DNA of 64,000 bases from Nitrospirota bacterium (GTDB taxonomy: Bacteria > Nitrospirota > JACRHJ01), in assembly GCA_963845245.1 (NCBI GenBank), contig CAWJRJ010000011.1:64001-128000 (forward strand), in the 5' to 3' direction. Below the pieces are notes generated by a model. The model did no database searches. It had not been told where the DNA came from and was given only the letters and a program-made list of their open reading frames with translations. The first letter of the stretch is position 1. Every line of letters begins with the position of its first letter. A program made the translations under genes and the position numbers. Positions 9,376 through 20,974 of the stretch are shown here, in pieces.

Positions 9376-11271
9376 TTACCATTTTGGGATAGTGCGGATT
9401 TGAGGCTCAAGTGGCAGGTAGAGCTTGAATTTGCTACCCTTCCCTACTTCGCTTTCGAGTTCAACCTGACCTCCGTGTTCCTCGGCCACGGCCTTCACGA
9501 TAGCCAGGCCTAGCCCGCAGCCTTTTACGCCTTTGACGGTTTTGGAGCGGTAATATTTTTCAAAAACCTTTTCCTGCTCATCGGCAGGTATACCACCGCC
9601 TTCGTCTGTCACGCAGATAAGCACGCAGTCCTCTCCCCCGCGCGCGCAAGTCCCCGCCGACAGCTTTATGGAGTTACCGGAAGGAGTGTAATTAACGGCG
9701 TTTTGCAGCAGGTTGGTCACCGCGCTGAGCACGTGCAGCCTGTCGACGCCAACGTGAGGCAGTCCGTCAGGCAATTCCAGGTCGAACGTCAAACCTTTGC
9801 TTTTAGCCAGTTGAGAGATACCGAGCGATGCATCCCCAAGCAGCTCTGTAATATCGGCTTTTTCCCTGTCAGGTTTTGCGCCGCCAGATTCGATATTGGA
9901 TATGATCAACTGGTCGTCGAGCATCTTGCTCAGTTTTTTTGCGCCGGCATAGATGAAGCCGATCATGGCAACGATATCATGGCCCAGCGTGCCTTTGCCT
10001 TCCGACAGGACCAGCTCGGCATTGCCGGTTATTACATTTAGCGGCGTCTTCATATCATGCCTTAGCATCTCGAGCAAACCTTCTTTTTGACTTTCCAGAG
10101 CCTTCCGTTCTGTGATATCCTGTACCGTACCCAGTATCCTGAATGGCTTGCCTCCTTCACCCGGCTTCAACTTCCCGTATCCGAATATCGTCCTGACGGA
10201 GCCGTCCCTTTTGATTATACGCGCCTCGAATTCGAGCGGCCGTTCTCCCTTTTTGGCCTCTGCGACGAGTGTAGCAACGCGCTCTTTGTCTTCAGGGTGT
10301 ATAAAATCAAGGAAGGATTTATAGGTGCCCCCGAATTCGTTGGGCAAAACGCCGAAAATGTTATAAAGGCCTGCGGACCAATAGACCTCGTCACTTTCGA
10401 TCAGCCACTCCCAGCTTCCGAATTTGGCTATAAGCTCGCCCTCTGCAAGCCTTGCCTCGCTTTTGCGCAGGGCCTCCTCAGCTTTTTTGCGCTCGGTTAA
10501 GTCTCTAACTATAGCCTGAACATAAGTCTTGTCTTTCAGGTCGAGCCTGTTCAGCGACACTTCCACATCAAAAGGGGTCCCGTCCTTACGCTTCGGTCTC
10601 CAGTAGAATTTTTGCGGCACGCCGTTCAAGGCTGCCTTAATGTGCCTAAGCGCCTTCTCTTCCGAGCTTTCGCCGTCCGGCTGGAAGGGAGGCGCAAACT
10701 CCGTGGGTGGATGGCCTATTATGTCACTTTTTCCTTCATAGCCATACATCTCCACGCCCCTCGAATTGCAGTCCACAAAGACAGGCCCCTCCGTGAGGAA
10801 TATGCCGTCTTCCGCGGATTCGAACAAAATCCGGAACCTTTCTTCACTCTCCTGAAGGGCCGCCTCGGCGAACGACTTCGAACGCTCGGCCCTGTTCTTT
10901 CTCACTGACTGTTCGACTGTATTTATTATCCTTGCAAAATGGGAGAAACCCGCATCCTTGGTAAAATAGTCACAGGCACCGTTCTTGAAGGCCTCGCTAG
11001 CCACCTCCTCGCTGCCCTGCGCCGTCATGAATATAAAAGGGATGTCGTTTCCCTGCGACCTGATAGCTTTCAAGAGTTCCAAGCCGGTCATCCCTGACAT
11101 CTGATAGTCCGAAAGGATGCAGTCCACATCGTGGGAGTCCAGGTACTGAAGGCATTCCTCTCCGCTTTCGACAGCGACGATAGTGAAATGTCTGGACTCT
11201 GCACGAAACCCTCGAGCGATTATATCGCTTACCTCGGGCTCGTCGTCAACTATCAATAAACTCAGGTTCAT
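9376..11271 (-). CDS. Hybrid kinase REC-PAS-PAS-HisKA-HATPase
   Basis: N-terminal receiver (IVDDE, ILSDYQMSGMTG), PAC motifs, H-box RHDMKTPL, GCGLGL. Confidence 0.92.
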   Translation of the reverse strand: MNLSLLIVDDEPEVSDIIARGFRAESRHFTIVAVESGEECLQYLDSHDVDCILSDYQMSGMTGLELLKAIRSQGNDIPFIFMTAQGSEEVASEAFKNGACDYFTKDAGFSHFARIINTVEQSVRKNRAERSKSFAEAALQESEERFRILFESAEDGIFLTEGPVFVDCNSRGVEMYGYEGKSDIIGHPPTEFAPPFQPDGESSEEKALRHIKAALNGVPQKFYWRPKRKDGTPFDVEVSLNRLDLKDKTYVQAIVRDLTERKKAEEALRKSEARLAEGELIAKFGSWEWLIESDEVYWSAGLYNIFGVLPNEFGGTYKSFLDFIHPEDKERVATLVAEAKKGERPLEFEARIIKRDGSVRTIFGYGKLKPGEGGKPFRILGTVQDITERKALESQKEGLLEMLRHDMKTPLNVITGNAELVLSEGKGTLGHDIVAMIGFIYAGAKKLSKMLDDQLIISNIESGGAKPDREKADITELLGDASLGISQLAKSKGLTFDLELPDGLPHVGVDRLHVLSAVTNLLQNAVNYTPSGNSIKLSAGTCARGGEDCVLICVTDEGGGIPADEQEKVFEKYYRSKTVKGVKGCGLGLAIVKAVAEEHGGQVELESEVGKGSKFKLYLPLEPQIRTIPKW

Positions 11272-11423
11272 TTTAAGCCTCAGGGATGATTGACAGCCTG
11301 GGACATGGCAATTTTGACTGATTATACCACATAGCGATAATTGTGTATTTTTTCATTTTGAGAAGGTACTGGGTACTGCACACAGGGAAAAGCCGCTTGC
11401 AGCAGGATTGATATTACAAGAGA

Positions 11424-13634
11424 TCAGTTCACTGGCAGTATCAGTCTGAAGGTGCTCCCCTTCCCAACCTCGCTTTCGAGTTCCACGCGGCCGCCATGAG
11501 CTTCTGCCGCGCTTTTTACGATGAAGAGACCGAGCCCGGTACCTTTTATATCCCTGTTCGAGGACGAGCGGTAATACTTTCCGAACACCTTGTTCTGTTC
11601 TTCCGGAGGTATCCCACGCCCGGTGTCCGCCACCGAAAACACAATAAAGTCTTTGCCGTCCCATGCCCTTCTATCCACACCCACAGTAACCGCACCACCT
11701 GCGGCGGTATAGTTCACCGCGTTCTGGACCAGGTTGTACACCGCCCGGTGTATAAGCTTCTGGTCCATGAGGACCAGGGAGGTCATGGCTTCAGGACCGT
11801 GCATCTTCATCACTATGCCTTTTGCCTGCGCGGCCTTTCCCAGCCCCAACAATACCTCTTTGATCACCGAATTAATGTCGTGGGGATAGGGGAGGAGATT
11901 CAGGTTTCCTGCCTCGATACGCGAGATGGCAATAAAATCCTCGAAAAGCCCCACAAGCTTACCGCAACTACTGCTGATGGAATCTACAATGGGAGCTACA
12001 CGCTTTCCCTGCATCTCTGGCATTTCGGTTAGCATGTCCACGTTACCAAGTATTGCGGTAAGGGGTGATTTAATGTCATGGGTTACCATCGCGTAAAAGT
12101 CGGCCCTCTGCCGGTCAAGCTCTTTCTTTTCGGTTATATCCCTGGCAATGCCCGTCAAGCCGATAATAACACCTGCGTCATTGAACACCGGTGTCTTGAT
12201 CGTATCTATCACCACTGTGTTCCCGTCTTTCGTAATGTGAGGCTCTTCAAACAACGACCGCTTGCCGGATTTGATGGTCTCCGAATCGGTTTCTCCGCAT
12301 TTATCGGCAAACTCCCTGTCGAAAAAATCATACTCGGTTTTTCCAATAATATCACCCGGCCGGAGCCCGATGGCGTTGGCCAATACTTCATTTACGGCGA
12401 TAAACCTTCCCTCCACATCTTTAAGCCAGGCCATGAATGGTACGTTGTCAAGGATCGCCTTTTGCAGACGGAGGCTCGTTGCCAATACCTCCTCAGCCCT
12501 TTTGTGTTCAGTGATATCGCGCCAGATTGTATGAAAAACCGTCTGCCCTGATAAGACCATCACCTGCGTGATCACATGAACGTCTCTTACTTCGCCGTCT
12601 TTGGTTATATGCCTGACATCAAACTCAGCCTTGCCTTTATCCAGCAAACAGTCCAGGCTGCCCTGTATTTCTTCCGGACTCTCGACCGGGTCGATATCTG
12701 CGATCCCAAGTTTTGCGAATTCCTCCCTTGAATATCCAAGCTGTGAATGTGCCGCTTCGTTGAATTCGATGAAGTTACCTTTGTCGTCCATGATCAAAAT
12801 ACCGTCGGGAGATTGGTCGAAGACTGTGCGGTAGCGGACCTCGGCCTCTTGGAGGTTATGCTCATACAGCTTACGCTTGGTGATATCGTGGACCACTGCC
12901 ACCATGTAGTCTTTTTCGCCAATGGTCGTGTATGTGACGTTCACCTCGACCGGAAACGATGCGCCTTCACTGCGCATTTGTTTCCCTTCAAATATTAGAT
13001 GTCCTTTGGCTTTCAATTCGTCGACGTGGGCGTCCCATGAGGCCTGGTCCTGAAAATTACTTTCTATATCGCGGGCCCTGAGGGTAAGCAATTTCCCCCT
13101 GTCATACCCCAGGCTGCTGCACGCCTTGTCGTTGACGAACAAAAACCTGCCCGTCGGAGGGTCGGTCACAAATATGGCCTCGCTAGTGCGGTCTAGAAGG
13201 TTCCTGAAGAGCAGCAAGGACTCATCCGCCATTTGCTTTGAACTTTCCGCATGGCGGTGCCTGACCGCCTGGACGACAGAGTTTATTATCCTGGCGAAAT
13301 GTGCGAAGCCTATGTCTTTCGTGAAGTAGTCGTACGCCCCGTTCTTGAAGGCGTCCCTTGCCACCTCTTCGTTGCCTTGGCCGGTCAGAAAGATAAACGG
13401 GATTTTATTGCCCCGGCTCCTTAGCTCAAGGAGAAGCTCCATCCCGTCCATATCGGGCATCTGGTAGTCGGACAATATGCAATCTACCTTGTTGTCTTTG
13501 AGGTACTCCAGGCACTGAACGCCGCCTTCCACAAAATGGAACGTCATCTCGGAGGCTTCCCTGGCAAGCTTCATTTTCATAAGCGTACCGATGTCGGCGT
13601 CGTCGTCCACAAGAAGTATGCTCAAAGGCTCCAA
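11424..13634 (-). CDS. Hybrid kinase REC-PAS-PAS-PAS-HisKA-HATPase
   Basis: Receiver LVDDD...ILSDYQMPDMDG, three PAS/PAC units, THDIKSPL, GTGLGL. Confidence 0.92.
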   Translation of the reverse strand: MEPLSILLVDDDADIGTLMKMKLAREASEMTFHFVEGGVQCLEYLKDNKVDCILSDYQMPDMDGMELLLELRSRGNKIPFIFLTGQGNEEVARDAFKNGAYDYFTKDIGFAHFARIINSVVQAVRHRHAESSKQMADESLLLFRNLLDRTSEAIFVTDPPTGRFLFVNDKACSSLGYDRGKLLTLRARDIESNFQDQASWDAHVDELKAKGHLIFEGKQMRSEGASFPVEVNVTYTTIGEKDYMVAVVHDITKRKLYEHNLQEAEVRYRTVFDQSPDGILIMDDKGNFIEFNEAAHSQLGYSREEFAKLGIADIDPVESPEEIQGSLDCLLDKGKAEFDVRHITKDGEVRDVHVITQVMVLSGQTVFHTIWRDITEHKRAEEVLATSLRLQKAILDNVPFMAWLKDVEGRFIAVNEVLANAIGLRPGDIIGKTEYDFFDREFADKCGETDSETIKSGKRSLFEEPHITKDGNTVVIDTIKTPVFNDAGVIIGLTGIARDITEKKELDRQRADFYAMVTHDIKSPLTAILGNVDMLTEMPEMQGKRVAPIVDSISSSCGKLVGLFEDFIAISRIEAGNLNLLPYPHDINSVIKEVLLGLGKAAQAKGIVMKMHGPEAMTSLVLMDQKLIHRAVYNLVQNAVNYTAAGGAVTVGVDRRAWDGKDFIVFSVADTGRGIPPEEQNKVFGKYYRSSSNRDIKGTGLGLFIVKSAAEAHGGRVELESEVGKGSTFRLILPVN

Positions 13635-13754
13635 TCCATCTCCTCCAAAAACCCGTTTACATGAAATGTATCATTTTCTTTCCGATACAAAAAGTAAAAA
13701 ATGATATTATGGCATTGCATATTATCAGGAAGATACTAATGAACTCGGGATTAC

Positions 13755-13810
13755 AAAATAAAAAGGCCGCTTACGTTTCCGTAAGCGGCCTTTGGGCTTT
13801 TAGGTTCCCC
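13755..13810. repeat. Degenerate junction: type-A hairpin plus degraded tRNA 3'-end copy; also a likely terminator of the RND operon
   Basis: aaaataaaaaggccgcttacgtttccgtaagcggcctttgggcttttaggttcccc aligns with 36275-36328 (aaataaaatggccacttac...gtaagcggcctttggtcttttggctcccc). Confidence 0.75.
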
Positions 13811-15230
13811 CTCCGCCAAACACCTTGTACAGCGTCACCGAGTTGGTCATCCGGGAGAGGCGCGCGCCGATCAGGTTCTGCTGGGCGGCATAGAGTGCGC
13901 GCTGGAAGATGAGGACACTCAGGTAGCTGTCCACCCCTTTCTCATAGCGGGCCTGTGATAGGCGGTAACTCTCGGCAGTGGCGTCGGTAAGCGACTGTCG
14001 GGCTGCCACCAGGTCGTCTATCGTCCCCCTGTCGGCAAGGGCGTCAGCCACCTCCCGGAAGGCGGTCTGGATCGCCTTCTCGTAACCGGCCACTGCGATG
14101 TCCCGGTCAACCTCCGCAGCCCTCAGGTTTGCCCGGTTGCTACCGGCGTTGAATATCGGAATGGATATCTGCGGGGCAAACTTCCAGGCGAATGAGCCGG
14201 GCTTGAAGAGACCGACAAGGTCATCGCTGCCGACGCCGACGGAGGAGACTAGGGTGATCCTTGGGAAGAAAGCAGCCCTGGCCGCGCCGATGTTTGCATT
14301 GGCCCCCATGAGAAGGTCCTCGGCCTGAAGGATATCCGGGCGGTTTAGCAGCACGTCCGACGGCAGGCCGGGAGTAATATCCCTAAACGCTGCTTGCGCC
14401 TCGTTGAGACTTTGCGGGAGAAGGCCGGCAGGCACCGGAGAGCCGACAACGAGGTTCAGGGCATTCTCGTCCTGCGCCTCCACTGCCATATAACGGGCTA
14501 TATCGACACGCGCCGCATCCACGCTGATCTGGGCCTGCTGGAGGTCGAGGGCGGACGCCACCCCGGCATCGAAGCGGCTTTTGACAAGTCGGTAGTTGGC
14601 TTGCTGGTTCGTCAGGGTCTCCATGGCAAGTCTTTGCCACTCCCAGTCGGCGGCTATGTCCAGGTATGTCGATGCGACCTGGGCGACAAGGCTGATCTGG
14701 ACGGCGCGCCGGGCCTGCTCTGTGGCCAGGTACTGTTCCAATGCCTGGTCCTTGAGGCTTCTTATCCTGCCGAAAAGGTCAAGCTCATATGAGCTCAGAC
14801 CTAGACCGACGCTGTACTGCCGGACTATTTCAGCTCGTCCTATGCCGGAGAGCGTCTTGGGCAACCGTTGAACATTTTCGTCTGCCACGGCATCTATCTT
14901 GGGGAACAGGTCCGACCTCTGGATCTGGTACTGTGCCCGGGAACGCTCGATATTGAGTACGGCAACGCGCAGGTCTCGGTTGTTGTTCAGGGCCATGCCG
15001 ATCAGTTCGCGCAGGTTCGGGTCAAGAAAAAACTCCTGCCATGGGATGTCGGCCACCGCTTTTTCGGACGGCTTGCCTGATGTCTCCTTGTAGGCCGGGC
15101 CGTTTGGCCATGCGGTCGGGACTGGGGCAATAGGCCGGGTATATTTTGGGGCCATGGTGGCGCAGCCGGCCAGCCAGAGGACCGCTCCCAGGGGAAGACA
15201 CAGTGCTGTAATGCGCTTTATGTTTTTCAT
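13800..15230 (-). CDS. RND efflux outer-membrane lipoprotein (OprM/TtgC family)
   Basis: Lipobox LAGC; NNRDLRVA, ELDLFGR, LNRPDI, AFREVADAL, TLYKVFGGG. Confidence 0.95.
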   Translation of the reverse strand: MKNIKRITALCLPLGAVLWLAGCATMAPKYTRPIAPVPTAWPNGPAYKETSGKPSEKAVADIPWQEFFLDPNLRELIGMALNNNRDLRVAVLNIERSRAQYQIQRSDLFPKIDAVADENVQRLPKTLSGIGRAEIVRQYSVGLGLSSYELDLFGRIRSLKDQALEQYLATEQARRAVQISLVAQVASTYLDIAADWEWQRLAMETLTNQQANYRLVKSRFDAGVASALDLQQAQISVDAARVDIARYMAVEAQDENALNLVVGSPVPAGLLPQSLNEAQAAFRDITPGLPSDVLLNRPDILQAEDLLMGANANIGAARAAFFPRITLVSSVGVGSDDLVGLFKPGSFAWKFAPQISIPIFNAGSNRANLRAAEVDRDIAVAGYEKAIQTAFREVADALADRGTIDDLVAARQSLTDATAESYRLSQARYEKGVDSYLSVLIFQRALYAAQQNLIGARLSRMTNSVTLYKVFGGGGT

Positions 15231-15231
15231 G

Positions 15232-18200
15232 TCAGTTCACCTCCGGGGCACTTGAAGTTACGTCAGGTTGTACAGGTGGCCGCTGGCGGTGCTTCTTCAC
15301 AAACAGGCGCGAGACAAGAACAAAGAAGAACGGGATAAAGATCAGGTCGATGAATGTGGCCGAAAGCAGCCCGCCCGTGACGGCAGTCCCGATGGCGTTC
15401 TGTGCTCCGGCCCCCGCCCCGCGGGTCAGGGCAAGCGGCAAGGTGCCGAAGAAGAATGCCAGGGAGGTCATGATGACCGGGCGGAGCCTGATCTTTACTG
15501 CCGCCAGTGTGGCTTCGACCAGTTCATGGCCCTGGTGAAGCTGGTCCTTGATGAACTGGATTATCAGGATGGCGTTCTTGGTTGAAAGCCCAACGGTGGT
15601 GAGAAGGCCTATCTGGAGATAGATGTCGTTGGGGAGCACCCTTAGCGTAACTGCCGTAACCGCCCCCACCAGCCCAAGCGGCAGCATCAGCAGGTTGACG
15701 AAGGGGATGGTCCAGCTTTCATAGAGTGCCGCCACGCTAAGGAACACCACCAGCAACGAGATGGCGTAAAGGATCGGAGCCTGTTTGCCTGCGTTCTTTT
15801 CCTCGTACGAAAGGCCTGTCCACTCATAACCAGTCCCGGACGGCAGTTGGGCGGCCATCTTCTCCATCTCATCCATCGCCTCGCCGGTGCTCACGCCAGG
15901 TGCGGCCTGCCCCAGTACCTCTACGGACGGTATACCGTTGTAACGCTCCAGGCGTGGCGAGCCGAACTCCCAGCGGGCAGTGGCGAAGGCTGAAAATGGG
16001 ACCATATCTCCGGTGTTGTTGCGGACATACCAGGTGTTGATATCCTCCGGCAGCATCCGGGAATTTGGTTCCGACTGTACATAGACTTTCTTGACCCTGC
16101 CGTTCTGGATAAAGTCGTTGACGTAAGAACTTCCCCAAGCGGTGGAGAGGACTTCGTTGACCTGCTGCAGGGAGACTCCCAGGGCGCCGGCCCGCACATC
16201 GTCTATGTCGAGTTTGAACTGGGGCGAGTCGTCCTGACCGTTGGGGCGCACCGCCACCAACTTTGGATTTTTCATGGCCATCCCCAGGAGCTGGTTGCGC
16301 GCCTCCATCAGCTTATCATGCCCCAGCCCGCCCCGGTCCTGCAACTCGAAGTCGAAACCGTTTGCCACGCCCAGTTCAAGCACCGCCGGTGGCGAAAACG
16401 CGAAGGCCAGCCCGTCACGGTACTGTGAAAACGCCTTCATGGCCCGCGCGGCAATGGCTGGAGCTTTCAGGTCGGGTGACTTCCGCAGACTCCAGTCTTT
16501 GAGCTTGACAAATGCAAGCCCCATGTTCTGGCCTCGGCCGGCGAAGCTGAACCCGGCCACGGTAATAACCCCTTCCACTGTTTTTGTTTCATCCTCAAGG
16601 AAATGCCGCTCCAGCTGCCGTATGACCTTGATGGTCCTTTCCTGGGTGGCCCCGGCCGGCAACTGGACCTGGCAGATAATGAACCCCTGGTCTTCATCCG
16701 GCAGGAACGAGGTCGGGAGCCGCAGAAAGAAGAACGCCATGGCGGCAACTATGGCGACATAGACCACAAGATAGCGTACAGGCTTGCCGAATGATCGGCC
16801 GACGATCCCCTCATACTTCGACCGGCTGAATTCGAATGCGGCGTTGAACACGCGGAAGAAACCCTTGAACCAGCCGGACTCGCCCGCCTTATGTCCCTTG
16901 GGTATCGGCTTGAGGATCGTTGCGCAGAGCGCCGGGGTCAGGATCATCGCCGTCAGCACCGACAATATCATGGCGGAGATGATGGTGATGGAGAACTGGC
17001 GGTAGATAATGCCGGTGGAACCGGGAAAGAAGGCCATCGGGAGAAAGACCGCCGTCAGTACGGTGGCGATGCCCCAGAGGGCGCTGGTGATCTGCCCCAT
17101 GGATTTGACGGTGGCGTCATGGGGCGACAGCCCCTCCTCGGACATGATACGCTCCACGTTCTCGACCACGACGATGGCGTCGTCGACCAGAAGCCCGATG
17201 ACTATAACCAGGGCGAACATGGTGAGGGTGTTGATGGAAAAACCGGCGGCCGACAGTACACCCATGGTGCCCAGCAGAACCACCGGGACTGCGATAGTCG
17301 GGATAAGGGTGGCGCGGATGTTCTGCAGGAACAGGAACATTATGATGAAAACCAGGAAGACTGCGATGAGCAGTGTATGTACGACCTCTTCGATCGATAT
17401 CTTGACAAACGGGGTGGTGTCGTAGGGATAGACCACCTTCATGCCATGTGGGAAGTATTTCGACAGCTCATCCATCTTGGCCTTGACCCGGTTGCCGGTA
17501 TCCAGCGCGTTGGCCCCGGCCGCCAGGCGGATTGCCATGCCGCCCAGGGGTTTCCCATTGTAATACGACTGTACCTCGTAGTTCTCCGTACCGATTTTGA
17601 CATCGGCCACATCCTTCAACTTGACCGTGGAGCCGTCCGGGTTGGTGCGGAGCACTATGGCGCCGAACTGCTCCGGGGTCTGGAGCAGGGTCCTGGCATT
17701 GATGGTAGCATTGAGCTGCTGACCCTTTACGGCAGGGACGGCTCCGAACTGGCCGGCCGACACCTGGACATTCTGGGACAGCAGCGACGCGACAACGTCA
17801 TCGGTGGTCATCTGATAGTTATCCAGTTTGGCGGGGTTCAACCAGATGCGCATGGCGTTCTGTGTGCCAAACAACAGCAGTTCCCCAACCCCATCCACCC
17901 GGCTTATGATGTCCTGGACGTTGGAGACCATGTAGTCGGTCAGGGCGTTTCTATCCATCGACCCGTCTTCCGACACGAGCCCGATGATCATCAGGAAATT
18001 TCTGGTGGATTTGACTACCTGTATTCCCGAGCGCTGTACGATCTGGGGGAGGAGGGGTATGGCCAGTTGCAGTTTGTTCTGTACCTGCACCTGGGCGATA
18101 TTGGGGTCTGTGCCGGCCTTGAAGGTCAGCGTGATGCTCACCGCCCCGGCCGAGTCGCTGGTGGAGGCCATGTATATCAGGTTGTCGATCCCGTTCAGCT

Positions 18201-18402
18201 TCTGTTCGATGACCTGGGTGACCGTATCCTGTACCGTCTGTGCCGAGGCGCCCGGGTAGACGGCGTTGATGGCGATCTGTGGCGGCGCAATAGGCGGATA
18301 CTGGGAGATCGGTAAAGTCTTTATTGCCAGGAGGCCCGCCAGCATGACCATGATGGCAATCACCCAGGCGAATATGGGTCTGTTAATGAAAAACCGGGGC
18401 AT
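15232..18402 (-). CDS. acrB: HAE1-family RND efflux permease (AcrB/MexB-like)
   Basis: 1056 aa; [39 protein letters not shown]. Confidence 0.96.
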   Translation of the reverse strand: MPRFFINRPIFAWVIAIMVMLAGLLAIKTLPISQYPPIAPPQIAINAVYPGASAQTVQDTVTQVIEQKLNGIDNLIYMASTSDSAGAVSITLTFKAGTDPNIAQVQVQNKLQLAIPLLPQIVQRSGIQVVKSTRNFLMIIGLVSEDGSMDRNALTDYMVSNVQDIISRVDGVGELLLFGTQNAMRIWLNPAKLDNYQMTTDDVVASLLSQNVQVSAGQFGAVPAVKGQQLNATINARTLLQTPEQFGAIVLRTNPDGSTVKLKDVADVKIGTENYEVQSYYNGKPLGGMAIRLAAGANALDTGNRVKAKMDELSKYFPHGMKVVYPYDTTPFVKISIEEVVHTLLIAVFLVFIIMFLFLQNIRATLIPTIAVPVVLLGTMGVLSAAGFSINTLTMFALVIVIGLLVDDAIVVVENVERIMSEEGLSPHDATVKSMGQITSALWGIATVLTAVFLPMAFFPGSTGIIYRQFSITIISAMILSVLTAMILTPALCATILKPIPKGHKAGESGWFKGFFRVFNAAFEFSRSKYEGIVGRSFGKPVRYLVVYVAIVAAMAFFFLRLPTSFLPDEDQGFIICQVQLPAGATQERTIKVIRQLERHFLEDETKTVEGVITVAGFSFAGRGQNMGLAFVKLKDWSLRKSPDLKAPAIAARAMKAFSQYRDGLAFAFSPPAVLELGVANGFDFELQDRGGLGHDKLMEARNQLLGMAMKNPKLVAVRPNGQDDSPQFKLDIDDVRAGALGVSLQQVNEVLSTAWGSSYVNDFIQNGRVKKVYVQSEPNSRMLPEDINTWYVRNNTGDMVPFSAFATARWEFGSPRLERYNGIPSVEVLGQAAPGVSTGEAMDEMEKMAAQLPSGTGYEWTGLSYEEKNAGKQAPILYAISLLVVFLSVAALYESWTIPFVNLLMLPLGLVGAVTAVTLRVLPNDIYLQIGLLTTVGLSTKNAILIIQFIKDQLHQGHELVEATLAAVKIRLRPVIMTSLAFFFGTLPLALTRGAGAGAQNAIGTAVTGGLLSATFIDLIFIPFFFVLVSRLFVKKHRQRPPVQPDVTSSAPEVN

Positions 18403-18412
18403 GGGGTCTCCT

Positions 18413-19609
18413 TTACTTCTTTACTTTGGTGGTCTGCGTAGCAGCGCCGGTGTTTGTGTCTGATTTTCCGCCGAACGGCACCGCCTTGACCGGTGTTCCC
18501 GGCCGGGCCCTCTGTATCCCTTCGAGGATGACACGGTCGCCGGTATTGAGACCTTCGCTGACCAGCCAGCTGTCTCCAACGGTCCGGGCGACCTTTATGG
18601 TACGAGGCTCCACTTTCTCTTCGGCCCCCACCACCATTACCATTGCGTCTCCCTGAGGGGTACGGGTAACCCCCTGCTGAGGAACTAGTATCGCCCGGTC
18701 GTTGACCCCTTCCTCAATAACGGCCCGCACGAACATGCCCGGGAGCAGGGTCTGTTTCGGGTTCGGAAATATCGCCCGCAGGATTATGGAACCGGTGCTC
18801 TGGTCCACGGTCACTTCCGAAAATTTCAGAGTACCCTCCAACGGATAGGCATTGCCGTCCTCCAGTACCAGCTTGACCCTTGCCTGGTCGGCCCCGCCCT
18901 TTTTCATCAGACCGCTTGCAAGGTTCTGCTTCAGCTTCAGAAGCTCGGCGCTGGACTGGGTGACATCCACATACACCGTGCTAAGCTGCTGGATTGTGGC
19001 GAGCGCCACGGGCTGGTTGGCGGTAACAAGTGCACCGTCGGTCACGCTTGAGCGGCCGATACGTCCGGATATCGGCGCAGTTATCTTTGTATAGGCCAGG
19101 TTGATCCGCGCCGTTTCAAGCGCGGCTTTTGCTGCCTCGATGTCCGCCTCCGCCTGCTTGAGCTGGGCCGAGGTATCGTCTGAGTCCTGCTTGCTTACCG
19201 CGTTGATTTCAACCAATTGGCCGTAACGCTCGGCCTTTAGCCGGAGCGGGACGGCGTTTGCCTCAGCCCTGCTGAGTGCGGCCTTAGTGCTGGCATAGGC
19301 TGCCTGGTATATGGCTGGGTCGATCTGGTATAGGACCGCCCCCGCCTTGACATCCGAGCCCTCTGTGAAGAGGCGCTTCAGGATGATACCCCCGACCTGC
19401 GGCCTAACCTCGGCGACATAATACGCGGAGGTGCGCCCCGGAAGCTCGGTCGTCAGCGCCACATGCTGCGGCTTTACTGTAATCACCCCGACCTCGGGAG
19501 GCGGCATCTGCTGGGGGGCGGTGGCTTTTTTCCCGCAACCGCCGGTTATAAACACGCCCGCCATGACGACGATGGCGGCTGCATACCTAATACTGTTATG
19601 GACTTGCAT
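18413..19609 (-). CDS. acrA: RND periplasmic adaptor (AcrA/MexA-like)
   Basis: Lipoprotein [41 protein letters not shown] before ATG 19609. Confidence 0.95.
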   Translation of the reverse strand: MQVHNSIRYAAAIVVMAGVFITGGCGKKATAPQQMPPPEVGVITVKPQHVALTTELPGRTSAYYVAEVRPQVGGIILKRLFTEGSDVKAGAVLYQIDPAIYQAAYASTKAALSRAEANAVPLRLKAERYGQLVEINAVSKQDSDDTSAQLKQAEADIEAAKAALETARINLAYTKITAPISGRIGRSSVTDGALVTANQPVALATIQQLSTVYVDVTQSSAELLKLKQNLASGLMKKGGADQARVKLVLEDGNAYPLEGTLKFSEVTVDQSTGSIILRAIFPNPKQTLLPGMFVRAVIEEGVNDRAILVPQQGVTRTPQGDAMVMVVGAEEKVEPRTIKVARTVGDSWLVSEGLNTGDRVILEGIQRARPGTPVKAVPFGGKSDTNTGAATQTTKVKK

Positions 19610-19652
19610 ATATACCTCCATGGATTAAACAGTGTTTTTATATTATAGCGGT

Positions 19653-20227
19653 TTACAATTTCATTGCGTCCCAGCAGGCTGAGACCGTCAGTTCGATAAG
19701 GTTGTCGTCCAGGTTTATAAACCCGAGGATATGGTCGCGGGCCAAAGTAAGAAGCGGGCCAAAGGCGAGTCCGAAGAGGACCGGGAGAGGAAGGTCCTTC
19801 ACTATCCCTCTTAACGAGTGCTTCGTTGAAAAGTTCCTTGATTATATCCTTGTTGTTTTTGCCGAAAAGTTTCTCCCGGCGGTGGGCCACCCCGTATGGG
19901 GAGTTGTGGAACTGTTCCATAAACCTGAAACTCCAGCGGCGCTTCTATACAGTAGCGGACAAGCACTTTTCCTATGTGGAGGAAGCGGTCGCGTACCTCG
20001 CCGTCCTCAGGGTAGCCCTCCATCACCGCCGCGAAGAAACGTTCCTCCAGGTAGTGGTGCACCTCGTTTATGAGGACGTCCTTGCTCTCGAAGTAGCGGT
20101 ATATAGTCCCCGCAGCGACCCCTGCACGCTATGCTACAAGGGCCATGGGCGCACCGTGGAAACCCTGCTCCGCTACCAGGTCGAGCGTCGCACGGACGAT
20201 GGCGCATCGTTTGTCAGTTTTCTCCAT
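19653..20227 (-). pseudogene. TetR/AcrR-family regulator with an in-frame TAG and two frameshifts
   Basis: MEKTDKRCAIVRATLDLVAEQGFHGAPMALVA*RAGVAAGTIYRYFESKD...; TAG at 20129-20131; frameshifts near 19930 and 19810; C-terminus ...ACWDAMKL*. Confidence 0.85.
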
Positions 20228-20241
20228 CAGAAACCTCAGTG

Positions 20242-20255
20242 AATGAACGTTCATT
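20242..20255. promoter_or_regulatory. Perfect 14-bp palindrome, putative TetR operator
   Basis: AATGAACGTTCATT lies between the promoter-like elements (TTGACA at 20285-20280, minus strand) and the RBS of tetR. Confidence 0.75.
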
Positions 20256-20314
20256 TTTATATCATACTCGTCCACTATTTGTCAAGACCTTAGGATGTTC
20301 TTACTGATATCAAC

Positions 20315-20404
20315 AAATAAAATGGCCGTTTACATTGCTGTAAGCGGCCATTGCTTGGATGGCTCCCGGCGCGGGGTTATTAGAACCCTATTACGTGAAC
20401 CGCA
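20315..20404. repeat. Junction: type-A hairpin, tRNA 3'-end copy and degenerate, truncated tail
   Basis: aaataaaatggccgtttacattgctgtaagcggcc...tggctcccggcgcggggttattagaaccctatta aligns with 36275-36360, with 2 small deletions. Confidence 0.85.
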
Positions 20405-20407
20405 CTC

Positions 20408-20974
20408 TTACCTGACCAGGTTCAGTTTCGCTTTGGGTTGCTTTCGGGTGACCGTCATCTCCATTTCTTTCTCTTCCTTGCCCCCCTTTGGGGTAATGTA
20501 CATTTCATATTCCAAGGTATTGTCATCCACGATCCTGGTCACGCTACGCCAGTCAACCGGCCCCCTTACCGGGTCGTCATAGTTGCATTCCTGCGTGATG
20601 GTCTTGCCATCAGCGCTGGCGGTACCCTCGAAATAATAGATGGCGGTACTCATCGAGTCGACCCAGGTGGACACATACTTCCTGCTATGGTTGTCATACC
20701 CTATGAGGTTGATACCGGTGAACGGATTCCCCATCATGTCGCCGGTATACTTCTGCTGGAGATAACGTCCGTCGAGGATCATCTCCTGTTCACAGGTACC
20801 TGTGCTCTCCACCTGAGGCTTGCCGGGTTCCGTCCTTGCCCTGGTTATGGTAACCCAGCTTCCGGCCAGGCTAGCCAGCAGCTTGTGGGGTGCGCCTGGA
20901 ACCCCCAGCTTCCTGTATACCTCCATCATCGAATCCATGTCCATCTTCACCGCTTGATTTGTTCCTTTTTTCAT
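20408..20974 (-). CDS. DUF1579-family protein
   Basis: PGAPHKLLASLAGSW, MILDGRYLQQ, GYDNHSRKYVSTWVDSMST. Confidence 0.8.
   Translation of the reverse strand: MKKGTNQAVKMDMDSMMEVYRKLGVPGAPHKLLASLAGSWVTITRARTEPGKPQVESTGTCEQEMILDGRYLQQKYTGDMMGNPFTGINLIGYDNHSRKYVSTWVDSMSTAIYYFEGTASADGKTITQECNYDDPVRGPVDWRSVTRIVDDNTLEYEMYITPKGGKEEKEMEMTVTRKQPKAKLNLVR

Noticed and set aside
16891..18315. 474-aa plus-strand ORF
   Set aside because: Antisense shadow of acrB, expected from GC-rich codon bias.
20129..20131. Amber recoding (pyrrolysine or alternative genetic code) at the tetR TAG
   Set aside because: TAG is used as a normal stop elsewhere in the window (for example 7403, 37095, 42685), and no pyl genes are present.
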